A DNA stretch of 64,000 nt from an uncultured Gammaproteobacteria bacterium (GTDB lineage: Bacteria > Pseudomonadota > Gammaproteobacteria > UBA6429 > Thiohalophilaceae), in NCBI GenBank assembly GCA_937967995.1, contig CALBTB010000010.1:25410-89409 (forward strand), read 5' to 3'. Both the position numbers and the translations under genes were made by a program. Position 1 is the stretch's first letter. Each line of letters starts with the position of its first letter. Below the pieces are notes generated by a model. The model ran no database searches. It was not told the origin of the DNA and worked only from the letters and a program-made list of their open reading frames with translations. Shown in pieces: positions 10,522-21,321 of this stretch.

Positions 10522-10982
10522 TTATTATGTTAGTTACCGCACACATCATTGAACATGAACACAGCACTGTCAGCCCGGATGCATTATCCGTTTCCCTGCC
10601 GTTCGAAACCCGACAGAAAAGCCGTTTACAGGCGACATTGAGTAATGGCGATGCCATCGGCCTGTTGCTGCCGCGTGGCACTGTGCTTCGAAATGGGGAC
10701 TATTTAAAGACTGAAACGGGTATAATTATACGGGTCGAGGCCGCCGAAGAATCTGTGTCCACGGCAAAAATTCAGGATAAACAATTATTTGCACGGGCCT
10801 GTTACCATCTGGGTAATCGCCACGTGCCTTTACAAATCGGTGATGACTGGCTGCGTTATCTGCACGACCATGTGCTGGATGACATGTTAAAGGGACTGGG
10901 GGTGCAGCCTGCACACGAGATGGCCCCCTTTGAGCCGGAATCCGGTGCCTATGCCGGTGGCCACCACCATCATCACCACTGA
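10518..10982 (+). CDS. ureE: Urease accessory metallochaperone UreE.
   Basis: C-terminal poly-His (GGHHHHHH) and a typical UreE core. Confidence 0.9.
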   Translation: MIIMLVTAHIIEHEHSTVSPDALSVSLPFETRQKSRLQATLSNGDAIGLLLPRGTVLRNGDYLKTETGIIIRVEAAEESVSTAKIQDKQLFARACYHLGNRHVPLQIGDDWLRYLHDHVLDDMLKGLGVQPAHEMAPFEPESGAYAGGHHHHHH

Positions 10983-10990
10983 TATCAGGG

Positions 10991-11668
10991 ATGAACAACA
11001 TGGACTTTTCTGCATTACGTTTATGGCAATTGATCAGCCCGGCGTTACCGGTCGGGGCGTATGCCTATTCCCAGGGGCTGGAATATGCGATTGATGCGGG
11101 CTGGTTAAAAACCGAAGATGATGTCTACCAGTGGATCAGCGGCCAGGTGACACATAACCTGTCACACCTGGATGTGCCGGTACTTAAACGCCTGTATCTC
11201 GCCTGGTCTGAAGACAATACCAATCGGGTTGAATTCTGGACGCGTTATTTACTTGTTTCACGCGAAGCCCGTGAACTGAAAACCGAAGACCGGCAACTGG
11301 GCATGGCGCTGGCGACACTGTTAACGAATCTGGGAATCAGCGAAGCAGAAGACTATTGTCGTGATCGTGAGGTGACATTTGCGAGCATGCTGGCACTGGC
11401 TGCAACACGCTGGGAAATAAAATCCGAAACACTGGCCATGGCCTACCTGTGGATGTGGTGTGAAAATCAGGTTGCGGCGGCCATTAAGCTGGTTCCACTC
11501 GGCCAAACCAGTGGTCAGAAATTATTGCAGCGTGTTGCCGAGGTGATACCTTCAGCGGCGAAAAAAGGCATGTCGCTGGCTGACGATGATATCGGCATGG
11601 CGGCGCCGGGTGTCGGTATTGCCAGTGCCTTACACGAAATACAATACAGCCGTCTGTTTAGATCATAA
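10991..11668 (+). CDS. ureF: Urease accessory protein UreF.
   Basis: LWQLISPALPVGAYAYSQGLEYAI. Confidence 0.9.
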   Translation: MNNMDFSALRLWQLISPALPVGAYAYSQGLEYAIDAGWLKTEDDVYQWISGQVTHNLSHLDVPVLKRLYLAWSEDNTNRVEFWTRYLLVSREARELKTEDRQLGMALATLLTNLGISEAEDYCRDREVTFASMLALAATRWEIKSETLAMAYLWMWCENQVAAAIKLVPLGQTSGQKLLQRVAEVIPSAAKKGMSLADDDIGMAAPGVGIASALHEIQYSRLFRS

Positions 11669-11699
11669 CGCAGGCGCCGAGTAGTAACAGGAGTTTGTA

Positions 11700-12326
11700 A
11701 TGTCACATGATCAAGTTTTACGTGTGGGGGTCGGTGGTCCGGTCGGCTCGGGAAAAACCGCGCTGGTGGAAGCCCTGTGCAAGTCCATGCGCGATCAGTT
11801 CAATATTGCTGTTGTCACCAATGACATCTACACCAAGGAAGATGCGCAGTTCCTGATTAAACATGCGGCACTCAATGAAGATCGCATCATTGGGGTTGAA
11901 ACCGGCGGTTGTCCACACACGGCAATTCGCGAAGACGCCTCCATGAACCTGGCTGCCGTGGCAGAGCTCAATGCACGATTCACCGATCTTGATCTGGTGT
12001 TCATCGAAAGCGGCGGCGATAACCTCAGTGCCACCTTCAGTCCCGAACTCTCTGATCTGACGATCTATGTCATCGATGTCTCTGCAGGCGACAAGATACC
12101 GCGTAAGGGCGGACCGGGCATCACCAGGTCTGATTTACTGGTCATCAATAAAACCGACCTGGCCCCGTATGTGGGCGCATCACTCGATGTCATGGCGCGT
12201 GACGCACGCATGATGCGCGGTGAAAAGCCGTTTGTTTTTACCAACCTCAAAACCGGAGCAGGGCTTGCAGAAATTGAGGCTTTTGTTATCAGCAAAGGCA
12301 TGCTCAAACAGGTCGTTAACCAGTAA
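11700..12326 (+). CDS. ureG: Urease accessory GTPase UreG.
   Basis: P-loop [10 protein letters not shown] and the CPH metal-binding motif [13 protein letters not shown]. Confidence 0.97.
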   Translation: MSHDQVLRVGVGGPVGSGKTALVEALCKSMRDQFNIAVVTNDIYTKEDAQFLIKHAALNEDRIIGVETGGCPHTAIREDASMNLAAVAELNARFTDLDLVFIESGGDNLSATFSPELSDLTIYVIDVSAGDKIPRKGGPGITRSDLLVINKTDLAPYVGASLDVMARDARMMRGEKPFVFTNLKTGAGLAEIEAFVISKGMLKQVVNQ

Positions 12327-12332
12327 TTCTCC

Positions 12333-12377
12333 GTGCATTTTCGCACCAAAGTAATGCGCAAGCGTGGTGCACACGCA
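12333..12377. promoter_or_regulatory. Cluster of TGCACC/GGTGCA-type half-sites (NtrC-enhancer-like) upstream of the sigma-54 promoter.
   Basis: cGTGCAttttcGCACCAaagtaatgcgcaagcgTGGTGCAcacGCAC. The spacing is not canonical. Confidence 0.35.
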
Positions 12378-12452
12378 CTGTAAAGGATCATTTTAATCGT
12401 GACCGTTACATCCCAAATCCATATCTGACTGTTTTTTAAGATAATTTCACGT

Positions 12453-12467
12453 TGGCACAGTGATTGC
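12453..12467 (+). promoter_or_regulatory. Sigma-54 (-24/-12) promoter TGGCAC-N5-TTGC upstream of gcw_chp copy 2 and urtABCDE.
   Basis: TTGGCACagtgaTTGCT matches the RpoN consensus with correct GG/GC spacing, about 120 nt upstream of the 12588 start. Confidence 0.65.
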
Positions 12468-12587
12468 TCCAGTGCACTCAAACCTGCTCTGTCTGTATCG
12501 AATTAGTCCGTATCAAAATTATTGAATAGGCAACAGGGCAACAAGATTGACAACTAATCATCTAAAAAACACATTCGGGAGTAAAAG

Positions 12588-13340
12588 ATGAAATCATTAA
12601 AAACTAACCTAACCGCTGCCGCTGTGGCCGCTACTGTTGCGACCGGTGCCACATTCGCAGCTCCGCAAAGTGCACAGGCAGAGGTGGGATACAACATCGG
12701 TATCCATTCTAAATATCTGCTCCGTGGTATTTTTGAAGAAAATACCGGTACTGCTATTCAGGGCGGCGCAGACTGGAGTAACGAAGATGGCTGGTACGCA
12801 GGCTGGTGGTTCTCAAGCCTGAGCTACAGTTATGAAGCGCCATCAGATGGTAAGACCAATACTCGCGGTTTCGAAAATGACTTCTATGGTGGTTACACTG
12901 GTGAGTTTGGCGACGGCTTTGGCTATGACGTTGGTTTGATTCAGTACGTCTACGTCAATGTTGATGATTCTGATCTGACAGAATTAGTTGCCAGCCTTTC
13001 TTTCAAGGATTTTTATGTTAAGGCCCAGTACCTGTTAAACGATGGCTGGTGGGGTAACTCTGGTGATATTTACTGGACAGCAGGCTGGTCCGGTGGTGTC
13101 GGTGGTGACGTTACACTGGCGCTTGATTATGGTTACTACTCTTATGACACCAGTGATAACAGTGAACTGGGAACGGCAACGACCAGTGATTCCGGTTTCC
13201 GTCACTTAAATGTCACAGCATCCAAGCCAATTGGTAAAACCGGCGCAGAGGCCTATGTACAGTACACCTTTGCAGGTGAAGACCGCGCTGGAGCCGAATA
13301 TAACGACTCAATGGTCGTCGGCGTGACCTATAGCTTCTAA
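12588..13340 (+). CDS. Gcw_chp family (TIGR02001) predicted outer-membrane beta-barrel protein, copy 2.
   Basis: Signal peptide ...TFAAPQSAQA and the motif YLLRGIFEENTGTAIQGGADWSNEDGWYAGWW, which is paralogous to the protein at 5815-6477. Confidence 0.75.
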   Translation: MKSLKTNLTAAAVAATVATGATFAAPQSAQAEVGYNIGIHSKYLLRGIFEENTGTAIQGGADWSNEDGWYAGWWFSSLSYSYEAPSDGKTNTRGFENDFYGGYTGEFGDGFGYDVGLIQYVYVNVDDSDLTELVASLSFKDFYVKAQYLLNDGWWGNSGDIYWTAGWSGGVGGDVTLALDYGYYSYDTSDNSELGTATTSDSGFRHLNVTASKPIGKTGAEAYVQYTFAGEDRAGAEYNDSMVVGVTYSF

Positions 13341-13357
13341 AGAAGTAACTCGAAAGG

Positions 13358-13395
13358 AAAAGTGGCTGCTCAATGCAGCCACTTTTCTATCTCCC
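13358..13395 (+). terminator. Hairpin (aaaagtggctg / cagccactttt) plus a T-rich tail between gcw_chp copy 2 and urtA. Possibly an intra-operon attenuator.
   Basis: An 11-bp stem, a 7-nt loop, then cttttctatct. Confidence 0.45.
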
Positions 13396-13421
13396 AAACA
13401 AAAAGGTGGAGGAAATCAAGA

Positions 13422-14708
13422 ATGGGTAAATGGATTAAAAAATTATTGGGTGTTGTAACGGCCCTGGCAGTCATGTCTTCGGGTGCCGTTCAGGCCAAGG
13501 ATACAATCAAGGTGGGCGTGCTGCATTCATTGTCCGGCACCATGGCCATCAGTGAAACAACATTGAAAGATACAGTCCTCATGCTTATCGATGAGCAGAA
13601 CAAGAAAGGTGGTCTGCTGGGTAAGAAGCTGGAAGCCGTGGTGGTAGACCCGGCGTCCAACTGGCCGTTATTTGCGGAAAAGACCCGTGAATTAATCGAA
13701 AAAGAAAAAGTCGATGTGATATTCGGTTGCTGGACGTCTGTGTCACGTAAGTCAGTCTTGCCGGTTATTGAAGAACTGAACGGCCTGCTGTTTTATCCGG
13801 TTCAGTATGAAGGTGAAGAATCTTCCAAGAACGTTTTTTACACCGGTGCGGCACCTAACCAGCAGGCAATTCCGGCCGTGGATTATCTGATGAAAGAAGT
13901 CGGTGTTAAACGCTGGGTACTTGCTGGTACGGACTATGTTTATCCCCGTACCACCAACAAGATCCTGGAAGCCTATCTCAAGGCCAAAGGTGTTAAAGCT
14001 GAAGACATCATGATCAACTACACACCATTTGGACATTCTGACTGGCAGAGTATTGTTTCCGATATCAAGAAATTCGGATCAGCCGGCAAGAAGACCGCCG
14101 TGGTGTCCACCATTAATGGTGATGCCAACGTGCCTTTCTACAAGGAACTGGGTAACCAGGGGCTATCTGCAGAAGATATTCCGGTCGTGGCATTCTCGGT
14201 TGGTGAAGAAGAGTTATCCGGTATCGATACCAAGCCACTGGTCGGTCACCTGGCAGCATGGAACTATTTCATGAGTGTTGATAACAAGGATAATGCCGCG
14301 TTTATCAAGCAGTGGCACAAGTTCATCAAGAACAAGAAACGTGTTACCAATGACCCGATGGAAGCGCACTACATTGGTTTCAAGATGTGGGTCAAGGCTG
14401 TCGAGAAGGCCAAGAGCACAGATACTGACAAGGTTGAGCAGGCCATGATCGGTATCAAGGTTCCGAACCTGACCGGTGGTGTGGCCGAAATGCTGCCAAA
14501 CCATCACCTGACCAAGCCGGTATTGATCGGTGAAATCCAGGAAGACGGCCAGTTTGCTGTTGTATGGGAAACGGAAGGTACAGTACCGGGTGATGCCTGG
14601 TCAGATTTCCTGCCGGGCAGCAAAGATGTTGTGGCAGATTGGGTAAAACTCAAGTGTGGTAATTACAATACCAAGACCAAGAAATGCTCTGGTCAGAACT
14701 ATAAATAA
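13422..14708 (+). CDS. urtA: Urea ABC transporter substrate-binding protein UrtA.
   Basis: A Sec signal peptide and a Leu/Ile/Val-binding-like fold. The first gene of urtABCDE. I chose the start at MGKW, which has the RBS aaaggtggagg upstream. Confidence 0.9.
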   Translation: MGKWIKKLLGVVTALAVMSSGAVQAKDTIKVGVLHSLSGTMAISETTLKDTVLMLIDEQNKKGGLLGKKLEAVVVDPASNWPLFAEKTRELIEKEKVDVIFGCWTSVSRKSVLPVIEELNGLLFYPVQYEGEESSKNVFYTGAAPNQQAIPAVDYLMKEVGVKRWVLAGTDYVYPRTTNKILEAYLKAKGVKAEDIMINYTPFGHSDWQSIVSDIKKFGSAGKKTAVVSTINGDANVPFYKELGNQGLSAEDIPVVAFSVGEEELSGIDTKPLVGHLAAWNYFMSVDNKDNAAFIKQWHKFIKNKKRVTNDPMEAHYIGFKMWVKAVEKAKSTDTDKVEQAMIGIKVPNLTGGVAEMLPNHHLTKPVLIGEIQEDGQFAVVWETEGTVPGDAWSDFLPGSKDVVADWVKLKCGNYNTKTKKCSGQNYK

Positions 14709-14804
14709 TAACAACACATTGGGCGGCCAGCCGGGCATTGCCTGTCTGGCCGCTTTTTTATTAAGATGGCTGCCTGCTGCGCCATTACACAAATAATGAT
14801 AACG

Positions 14805-16457
14805 ATGAAAAAATCACGGGCTGCATATTTCAGGCTGTTTCTGGCATTCATGCTGATGTGCATGCCGTTGTGGAGTGTGGCACAAACTGAAGCCACAGAC
14901 GCTGTCGAGCAGACTGCCGGTACCACATCTTCGCTGAGCGAAGCCCTGTCGGGGCTGACTTCACGCAGCTTCAAGGAAAAAGAAAGCGCCATTGAAAAAC
15001 TCGCCGTTATCGATGATCCGGCCGTTTTACCGATCCTGAAAGTGATGCTGGATGGCAAACTTCATTACGTCAAAGAAACGGGTGAGGTGGTCTTTGTCGA
15101 GAAGACTGAGGAAGGTTATGAAATTACGCATGCCGAGACAGGCGAAGTCATCGGTACGGTCAGCAAAAGCAAGCTGAAAAAAATCATTGTCAATAATAAG
15201 CTGCGACGTCAATTACGCGGGGAAATTGCCCAGTTAAGTATTCGTAATCCGGATGCGGATATACGAATGGCGGCCGTACAGGAGATTGTCAAAAACATTG
15301 ATGAGCAAAGCGTGGCGATACTGGAAAAACTGGTCGCCCGTGAAAAAGACAGCGATATTCTGGAGCTGGCCAATGTTGGTCTGGCGTTATGGTATGTGCA
15401 GTCAGAAGATAAGGTAACGAGATTAGCGGCGATTAACACCATGGCTGACAGCCTGATGCCATCCGTCAAAGCCAGCCTGGAAAATATTCTTGAGACAGAC
15501 TCTGATCTTGAGGTCAAGGCGGCCACCAGGCGGGCATTAGGAAAAATCGAAGAAAAGATCAAATATTACGCCTTTCTTGAAAATTTAATTTTCGGTCTGA
15601 GTCTCGGTTCGATCTTGTTACTCATTGCGATTGGCCTGTCCATTACCTTTGGTGTCATGGGTGTGATTAACATGGCACATGGCGAGCTGATGATGCTGGG
15701 CGCCTACACCACGTTCGTGGTTCAACAGATGATGCCCAACTACATTAATACATCAATATTCGTTGCTATTCCGCTGGCATTCCTGGTAGCCGGATTTGTC
15801 GGCATCCTTATCGAACGATTCGTGATTCGTTTCCTGTATGGCCGTGCACTGGAAACCTTACTGGCTACATTTGGTATCAGCCTGATACTGCAACAGTTAG
15901 TGCGATCAATTTTTGGTCCTACTAATCAGGCGGTCGAAACACCGTCGTTCATGAGCGGTTCACTGGAAATCAACAGCATTTTTGCGATTACCTACAATCG
16001 CCTGTACATATTTATTTTTGCCATGCTGGTGTTTGCGATTCTGTTACTCATTCTGAAAAAGACCCGCCTGGGTTTACAGGTACGCGCCGTCGCACAAAAC
16101 CGTGCCATGGCCAAGGCCATGGGTGTGCGCAGTGAATGGGTCGATGCGCTGACATTTGGACTGGGTTCCGGTATTGCCGGTGTCGCTGGTGTGGCGCTCA
16201 GTCAGCTTACCAACGTCGGCCCTAACCTTGGGCAGGCTTATATTATCGATTCCTTCATGGTGGTCGTGTTTGGTGGTGTCGGAAACCTGTGGGGCACCGT
16301 GGTCGGTGGATTGTCGCTGGGTGTATTGAATAAATTTCTCGAACCCTGGTCGGGTGCTGTGATGGCGAAAATCCTGGTGCTGGTGTTGATCATCCTGTTT
16401 ATTCAGAAACGGCCGCGCGGCCTGTTCCCGCAAAAAGGCCGTGCGGCTGAGAATTAA
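14805..16457 (+). CDS. urtB: Urea ABC transporter permease UrtB, carrying a roughly 270-aa N-terminal signal-peptide/HEAT-like-repeat extension.
   Basis: The C-terminal half is a LivH-type permease (GLSITFGVMGVINMAHGE). The N-terminal half has a signal peptide plus repeats such as DADIRMAAVQEI and DLEVKAATRRALGKI. Confidence 0.85.
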   Translation: MKKSRAAYFRLFLAFMLMCMPLWSVAQTEATDAVEQTAGTTSSLSEALSGLTSRSFKEKESAIEKLAVIDDPAVLPILKVMLDGKLHYVKETGEVVFVEKTEEGYEITHAETGEVIGTVSKSKLKKIIVNNKLRRQLRGEIAQLSIRNPDADIRMAAVQEIVKNIDEQSVAILEKLVAREKDSDILELANVGLALWYVQSEDKVTRLAAINTMADSLMPSVKASLENILETDSDLEVKAATRRALGKIEEKIKYYAFLENLIFGLSLGSILLLIAIGLSITFGVMGVINMAHGELMMLGAYTTFVVQQMMPNYINTSIFVAIPLAFLVAGFVGILIERFVIRFLYGRALETLLATFGISLILQQLVRSIFGPTNQAVETPSFMSGSLEINSIFAITYNRLYIFIFAMLVFAILLLILKKTRLGLQVRAVAQNRAMAKAMGVRSEWVDALTFGLGSGIAGVAGVALSQLTNVGPNLGQAYIIDSFMVVVFGGVGNLWGTVVGGLSLGVLNKFLEPWSGAVMAKILVLVLIILFIQKRPRGLFPQKGRAAEN

Positions 16458-16459
16458 TT

Positions 16460-17572
16460 ATGCGTCAGTCTATTTTCCTGCAATTTTTTCAGAACGATAA
16501 GGGCGGCAAGGTCTTTCTGGCTGTCTTGCTGGCGCTGATTGTCGTTATACCGACGTTTAACCTGTTGGTGCCGGCAGATTCGGCGTTTCATGTTTCGACC
16601 TACACGGTCACCCTGCTGGGTAAATACCTTTGTTACGCCATGCTGGCGATTGCCCTGGATCTGGTGTGGGGCTATTGCGGTATTTTAAGTCTGGGACACG
16701 GAGCTTTCTTTGCATTAGGTGGTTACGCCATGGGCATGTATCTGATGCGACAGATCGGTGATCGTGGCGTTTACGGGAATCCAAACCTGCCCGACTTCAT
16801 GGTGTTTTTAAACTGGCAGGAACTGCCGTGGTTCTGGTACGGCTTTGATATGTTCTGGTTTGCCATGCTGATGGTGATCCTGGTGCCCGGTATTCTGGCA
16901 TTTGTATTTGGCTGGCTGGCATTTCGATCGCGTGTAACCGGTGTGTACCTGTCGATCATGACACAGGCACTGACGTTTGCTTTGATGCTGGCCTTCTTTC
17001 GCAATGAAATGGGATTCGGTGGCAATAACGGCCTGACCGACTTCAAGGACATACTTGGCTTTGATTTACAGTCTGATACGACCCGTTCAGCTTTATTTAT
17101 AGTAACAGCGGCGTTTGTCATGCTGGCCTATATCGTGGGTCGGTACGTCGTCACGTCAAAGCTGGGCCGTGTCGTTGTCGCTGTGCGTGATGCCGAAGAT
17201 CGTGCCCGCTTTATCGGTTACAAGGTGGAAAGTTTCAAGTTATGGGTGTTTGTGTTGTCGGCGGTGCTGGCCGGTATTGCCGGCGCGTTATTTGTGCCAC
17301 AGGTCGGCATTATTAATCCCGGTGAATTCTCACCGTTAAATTCGATAGAACTGGTAGTGTGGGTCGCCGTCGGTGGTCGTGCGACTTTATATGGTGCCGC
17401 CATGGGTGCGGTGCTGGTGAATTATGCCAAGACCTATTTCACGGCGGCATTACCGGAGATATGGCTGTTTGCGCTGGGCGGCTTATTCATTGTTGTCACG
17501 ATTTTCTTACCGAAAGGACTGGTTGGTTTGTGGAACCAGTTACGAAAATCGAAAACCAAGGCGGAGCCCTGA
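16460..17572 (+). CDS. urtC: Urea ABC transporter permease UrtC.
   Basis: A LivM-type permease, 370 aa. Confidence 0.9.
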   Translation: MRQSIFLQFFQNDKGGKVFLAVLLALIVVIPTFNLLVPADSAFHVSTYTVTLLGKYLCYAMLAIALDLVWGYCGILSLGHGAFFALGGYAMGMYLMRQIGDRGVYGNPNLPDFMVFLNWQELPWFWYGFDMFWFAMLMVILVPGILAFVFGWLAFRSRVTGVYLSIMTQALTFALMLAFFRNEMGFGGNNGLTDFKDILGFDLQSDTTRSALFIVTAAFVMLAYIVGRYVVTSKLGRVVVAVRDAEDRARFIGYKVESFKLWVFVLSAVLAGIAGALFVPQVGIINPGEFSPLNSIELVVWVAVGGRATLYGAAMGAVLVNYAKTYFTAALPEIWLFALGGLFIVVTIFLPKGLVGLWNQLRKSKTKAEP

Positions 17573-17576
17573 TCTT

Positions 17577-18437
17577 ATGGAATCACTGGATCGATTCAGG
17601 GAGTTTATGCGCCGCGACAGGACGTTTGATTTCATCGCCGAAAAACGGCTGCCGTTTCGTTATGGCCATACAATTCAGCCCGGTAAGGTCGATACCAGTC
17701 ACGGTACGATCCTGTATCTTGAAAATCTGTCCGTGAGTTTTGATGGTTTCAAGGCACTCAACAATCTAACCATGTATATCGACGACGGGGAATTGCGTTG
17801 CATCATTGGGCCTAATGGTGCCGGCAAGACCACCATGATGGATGTCATCACCGGTAAAACCCGGCCGGATTCCGGTGTTGCCTATTTTGGTCAGACCATG
17901 GACCTGACACGCATGAGTGAATTTGAAATTGCTCATGCGGGTATCGGTCGCAAGTTTCAGAAACCCACCGTGTTTCCCAATCACACGATTTTTGAAAACC
18001 TGGAACTGGCCATGGCCGCGGATAAACGGGTCTGGCCTACATTAGTTGCACGTATCACGCCAAAACAGCGCGAACGCATTGAGTATGTGCTGGAAATCAT
18101 TGGCCTGCAGGAGCAGGTGCATCGACCGGCATCCTTGTTATCGCATGGCCAGAAACAGTGGCTGGAAATTGGCATGCTGCTGATGCAAAACCCCAAATTG
18201 TTACTGGTCGATGAGCCGGTTACCGGCATGACTCACCAGGAAATGGATAAAACCGCCGAGTTACTCAAACGCCTGGCCGGTGATCATTCGGTGGTCGTGG
18301 TGGAACACGACATGGATTTTGTGCGTTCTATTGCCAACAAGGTGACAGTCCTGCATGAAGGTTCAGTGCTGGCGGAAGGCACTATGGATCAGGTGCAGAA
18401 TGATCCGCGGGTCATCGAAGTGTATCTGGGAGAATAG
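17577..18437 (+). CDS. urtD: Urea ABC transporter ATP-binding protein UrtD.
   Basis: LivG-type, GPNGAGKTTMMD. I chose the start at MESLDRF, 5 nt after the urtC stop. The ORF-track extension would overlap urtC. Confidence 0.9.
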   Translation: MESLDRFREFMRRDRTFDFIAEKRLPFRYGHTIQPGKVDTSHGTILYLENLSVSFDGFKALNNLTMYIDDGELRCIIGPNGAGKTTMMDVITGKTRPDSGVAYFGQTMDLTRMSEFEIAHAGIGRKFQKPTVFPNHTIFENLELAMAADKRVWPTLVARITPKQRERIEYVLEIIGLQEQVHRPASLLSHGQKQWLEIGMLLMQNPKLLLVDEPVTGMTHQEMDKTAELLKRLAGDHSVVVVEHDMDFVRSIANKVTVLHEGSVLAEGTMDQVQNDPRVIEVYLGE

Positions 18438-18439
18438 GC

Positions 18440-19135
18440 GTGCTGCGACTCGAAAACGTCAACCAGTACTACGGTGAAAGTCACACGCTGTGGGATATCA
18501 ATGTTGAAATCAAACCGGGTAGCTGTGTCTTCCTGATGGGGCGCAATGGCGTGGGCAAGACCACGTTACTGAAGACCGTCATGGGGCTGGTACCGTTACG
18601 TTCGGGTGAAATCATTTTTGATGGCCATCAGATTGGAAAACAGATAGCCGAGGTTCGCTCACGCATCGGTATCGGCTACGTGCCGCAGGGGCGGGAAATT
18701 TTTCCACAGTTGACGGTGCAGGAGAATCTGCAAATCGGGCTGACATCGAGAAAAGACAAATCACGCCACATTCCAGAGCGCATTTTTGAACTCTTCCCGG
18801 TGTTAAAACAGATGCTGAGCCGACGTGGCGGTGATTTGTCCGGCGGACAGCAACAGCAACTGGCCATCGGTCGGGCGCTGGCCTCGGATCCGAAAATGCT
18901 CATTCTCGATGAACCGACCGAAGGGATTCAGCCCAATATCGTGCAACAGATCGGTGACGTGATCATTAAACTCAATCAGGAAGAAGGGCTGACCGTTATC
19001 CTGGTGGAACAAAAACTGCCGTTTGCACGCCGTGTCGGTAAGCAATTCATCATCATGGATCGCGGCCGCACCGTGGCGGACGGACCCATGGACAGCCTCG
19101 ACGATCGCCTCGTTCAGCGTTACCTGACCGTCTGA
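18440..19135 (+). CDS. urtE: Urea ABC transporter ATP-binding protein UrtE.
   Basis: LivF-type, GRNGVGKTTLL, with a GTG start. Confidence 0.9.
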   Translation: MLRLENVNQYYGESHTLWDINVEIKPGSCVFLMGRNGVGKTTLLKTVMGLVPLRSGEIIFDGHQIGKQIAEVRSRIGIGYVPQGREIFPQLTVQENLQIGLTSRKDKSRHIPERIFELFPVLKQMLSRRGGDLSGGQQQQLAIGRALASDPKMLILDEPTEGIQPNIVQQIGDVIIKLNQEEGLTVILVEQKLPFARRVGKQFIIMDRGRTVADGPMDSLDDRLVQRYLTV

Positions 19136-19140
19136 AATTT

Positions 19141-19698
<558 letters not shown>

Positions 19699-19712
19699 TT
19701 CGGGAGGCGAAC

Positions 19713-21005
19713 ATGGAAAATAATATTTTCGAACTCCAGTACGCCATGGACACCTTCTACTTTCTGGTGTGTGGCGCCCTGGTAATGTGGATGGCTGCCG
19801 GCTTTGCCATGCTTGAGGCTGGTATGGTCCGCTCCAAGAACACGGCTGAGATTCTGACCAAGAATGTCGCCCTGTTTGCGATTTCATGCACCATGTACAT
19901 GATCGTGGGTTACTCAATTATGTACGGTGATGAACTTACATTGTTCCTGAGTGGAATCGGTCTTGATGGGGCTGCAAGTGCGGATGCACTAACAGCGACT
20001 GTTCTGAAAGAATCAGCAGAAGCAGGTTTCGACGGTGACGCCGTATATTCAGATGCCTCTGACTTCTTCTTCCAGGTTGTATTTGTCGCCACCGCGATGT
20101 CAATCGTCTCCGGTGCTGTGGCAGAACGCATGAAATTATGGGCGTTCCTGCTGTTTGCTGTTGTCATGACAGGCTTTATCTATCCGATGGAAGGTTCCTG
20201 GACCTGGAACAGCCAATCCGTCTTTGGTTTGTTTGAACTGAACTACAGCGATTATGCCGGTTCCGGTATCGTACACATGGCCGGTGCCGCTGCTGCGTTG
20301 GCTGGTGTGTTATTGCTTGGTCCACGTAAAGGTAAATACAGTTCGGATGGTCGCGTTAACGCGATTCCGGGCGCCAACCTGCCGTTAGCAACCCTGGGTA
20401 CTTTCATCCTGTGGATGGGCTGGTTCGGCTTTAACGGTGGTTCAACCCTCAAGCTGGGTGGTATCTCTGTTGCAAACGAAGTGGCAAACGTATTCCTGAA
20501 TACGAATGCTGCTGCGGCAGGTGGTCTGATTGCTGCGCTGGTTATTGCACGTATCATGTTTGGTAAAGCTGACCTGACCATGGCATTGAATGGTGCCCTG
20601 GCCGGTCTGGTTGCGATTACTGCTGAACCGGCAGATCCAACACCACTACAGGCAACAATCATTGGTGCCATTGGTGGTGCAATTGTTGTGTTCTCTATAG
20701 TAACGCTCGACAAACTGAAAATTGACGACCCGGTTGGTGCGATATCTGTACACGGTGTGGTCGGACTGTTCGGTGTACTTGTCGTACCTTACACAGACGC
20801 TGATGCAACAATCGGTGGTCAGATTGTTGGTGCGGCGACAATATTCTTCTGGGTATTTATAACTAGCCTGATAGCCTGGTTCGTGATCAAGATGATCATG
20901 GGCATTCGCGTCAGCGAAGAAGAAGAGTACGAAGGTGTGGATATTGGTGAATGTGGTCTGGAAGCCTATCCGGAATTCACAGGCGCCAAGGGATCCGGCC
21001 TGTAA
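19713..21005 (+). CDS. amtB: Ammonium transporter.
   Basis: 430 aa, Amt/MEP family, coupled to glnK. Confidence 0.95.
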   Translation: MENNIFELQYAMDTFYFLVCGALVMWMAAGFAMLEAGMVRSKNTAEILTKNVALFAISCTMYMIVGYSIMYGDELTLFLSGIGLDGAASADALTATVLKESAEAGFDGDAVYSDASDFFFQVVFVATAMSIVSGAVAERMKLWAFLLFAVVMTGFIYPMEGSWTWNSQSVFGLFELNYSDYAGSGIVHMAGAAAALAGVLLLGPRKGKYSSDGRVNAIPGANLPLATLGTFILWMGWFGFNGGSTLKLGGISVANEVANVFLNTNAAAAGGLIAALVIARIMFGKADLTMALNGALAGLVAITAEPADPTPLQATIIGAIGGAIVVFSIVTLDKLKIDDPVGAISVHGVVGLFGVLVVPYTDADATIGGQIVGAATIFFWVFITSLIAWFVIKMIMGIRVSEEEEYEGVDIGECGLEAYPEFTGAKGSGL

Positions 21006-21042
21006 GTTACAACTCCTAAAAGTTCTAGGTGGTAAACGATTA

Positions 21043-21067
21043 GGGGGGCAGATGCCCCCCTTTTTTT
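21043..21067 (+). terminator. Rho-independent terminator (ggggggc agat gcccccc, then T7).
   Basis: A perfect GC stem followed by a T7 run, between the convergent amtB and CDGSH genes. Confidence 0.85.
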
Positions 21068-21084
21068 ATTGCAGCAGCGCTGAC

Positions 21085-21321
21085 TTACAGTTTGTTATGT
21101 GTACCGTCGCACATGGGTTTGTCGGCGGACTGTTTGCAACCGCAAAGATAGAACGTGCCTTTCTCTTCGACAGTCAATTTCACCGGTGTAAAGTCAGTGC
21201 CCTGATGGGAGCCATCACAGAAGGGCTGGTTTTTGGACCTGCCACAGGCGCACCACCAGTAATCGCCGGGCTCCAGATCAACCGCATAGGGGGCTTTTTG
21301 TGCGCAGACCGGTTCGGACAT
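21085..21321 (-). CDS. CDGSH-type iron-sulfur domain protein with two CDGSH motifs.
   Basis: CACGRSKNQPFCDGSH and CGCKQSADKPMCDGTH, 78 aa. Confidence 0.85.
   Translation of the reverse strand: MSEPVCAQKAPYAVDLEPGDYWWCACGRSKNQPFCDGSHQGTDFTPVKLTVEEKGTFYLCGCKQSADKPMCDGTHNKL

Noticed and set aside
12065-12481. 138-aa minus-strand ORF spanning the ureG 3' end and the downstream regulatory region.
   Set aside because: It is antisense to ureG and covers the sigma-54 promoter region. It has no RBS and a poor sequence.
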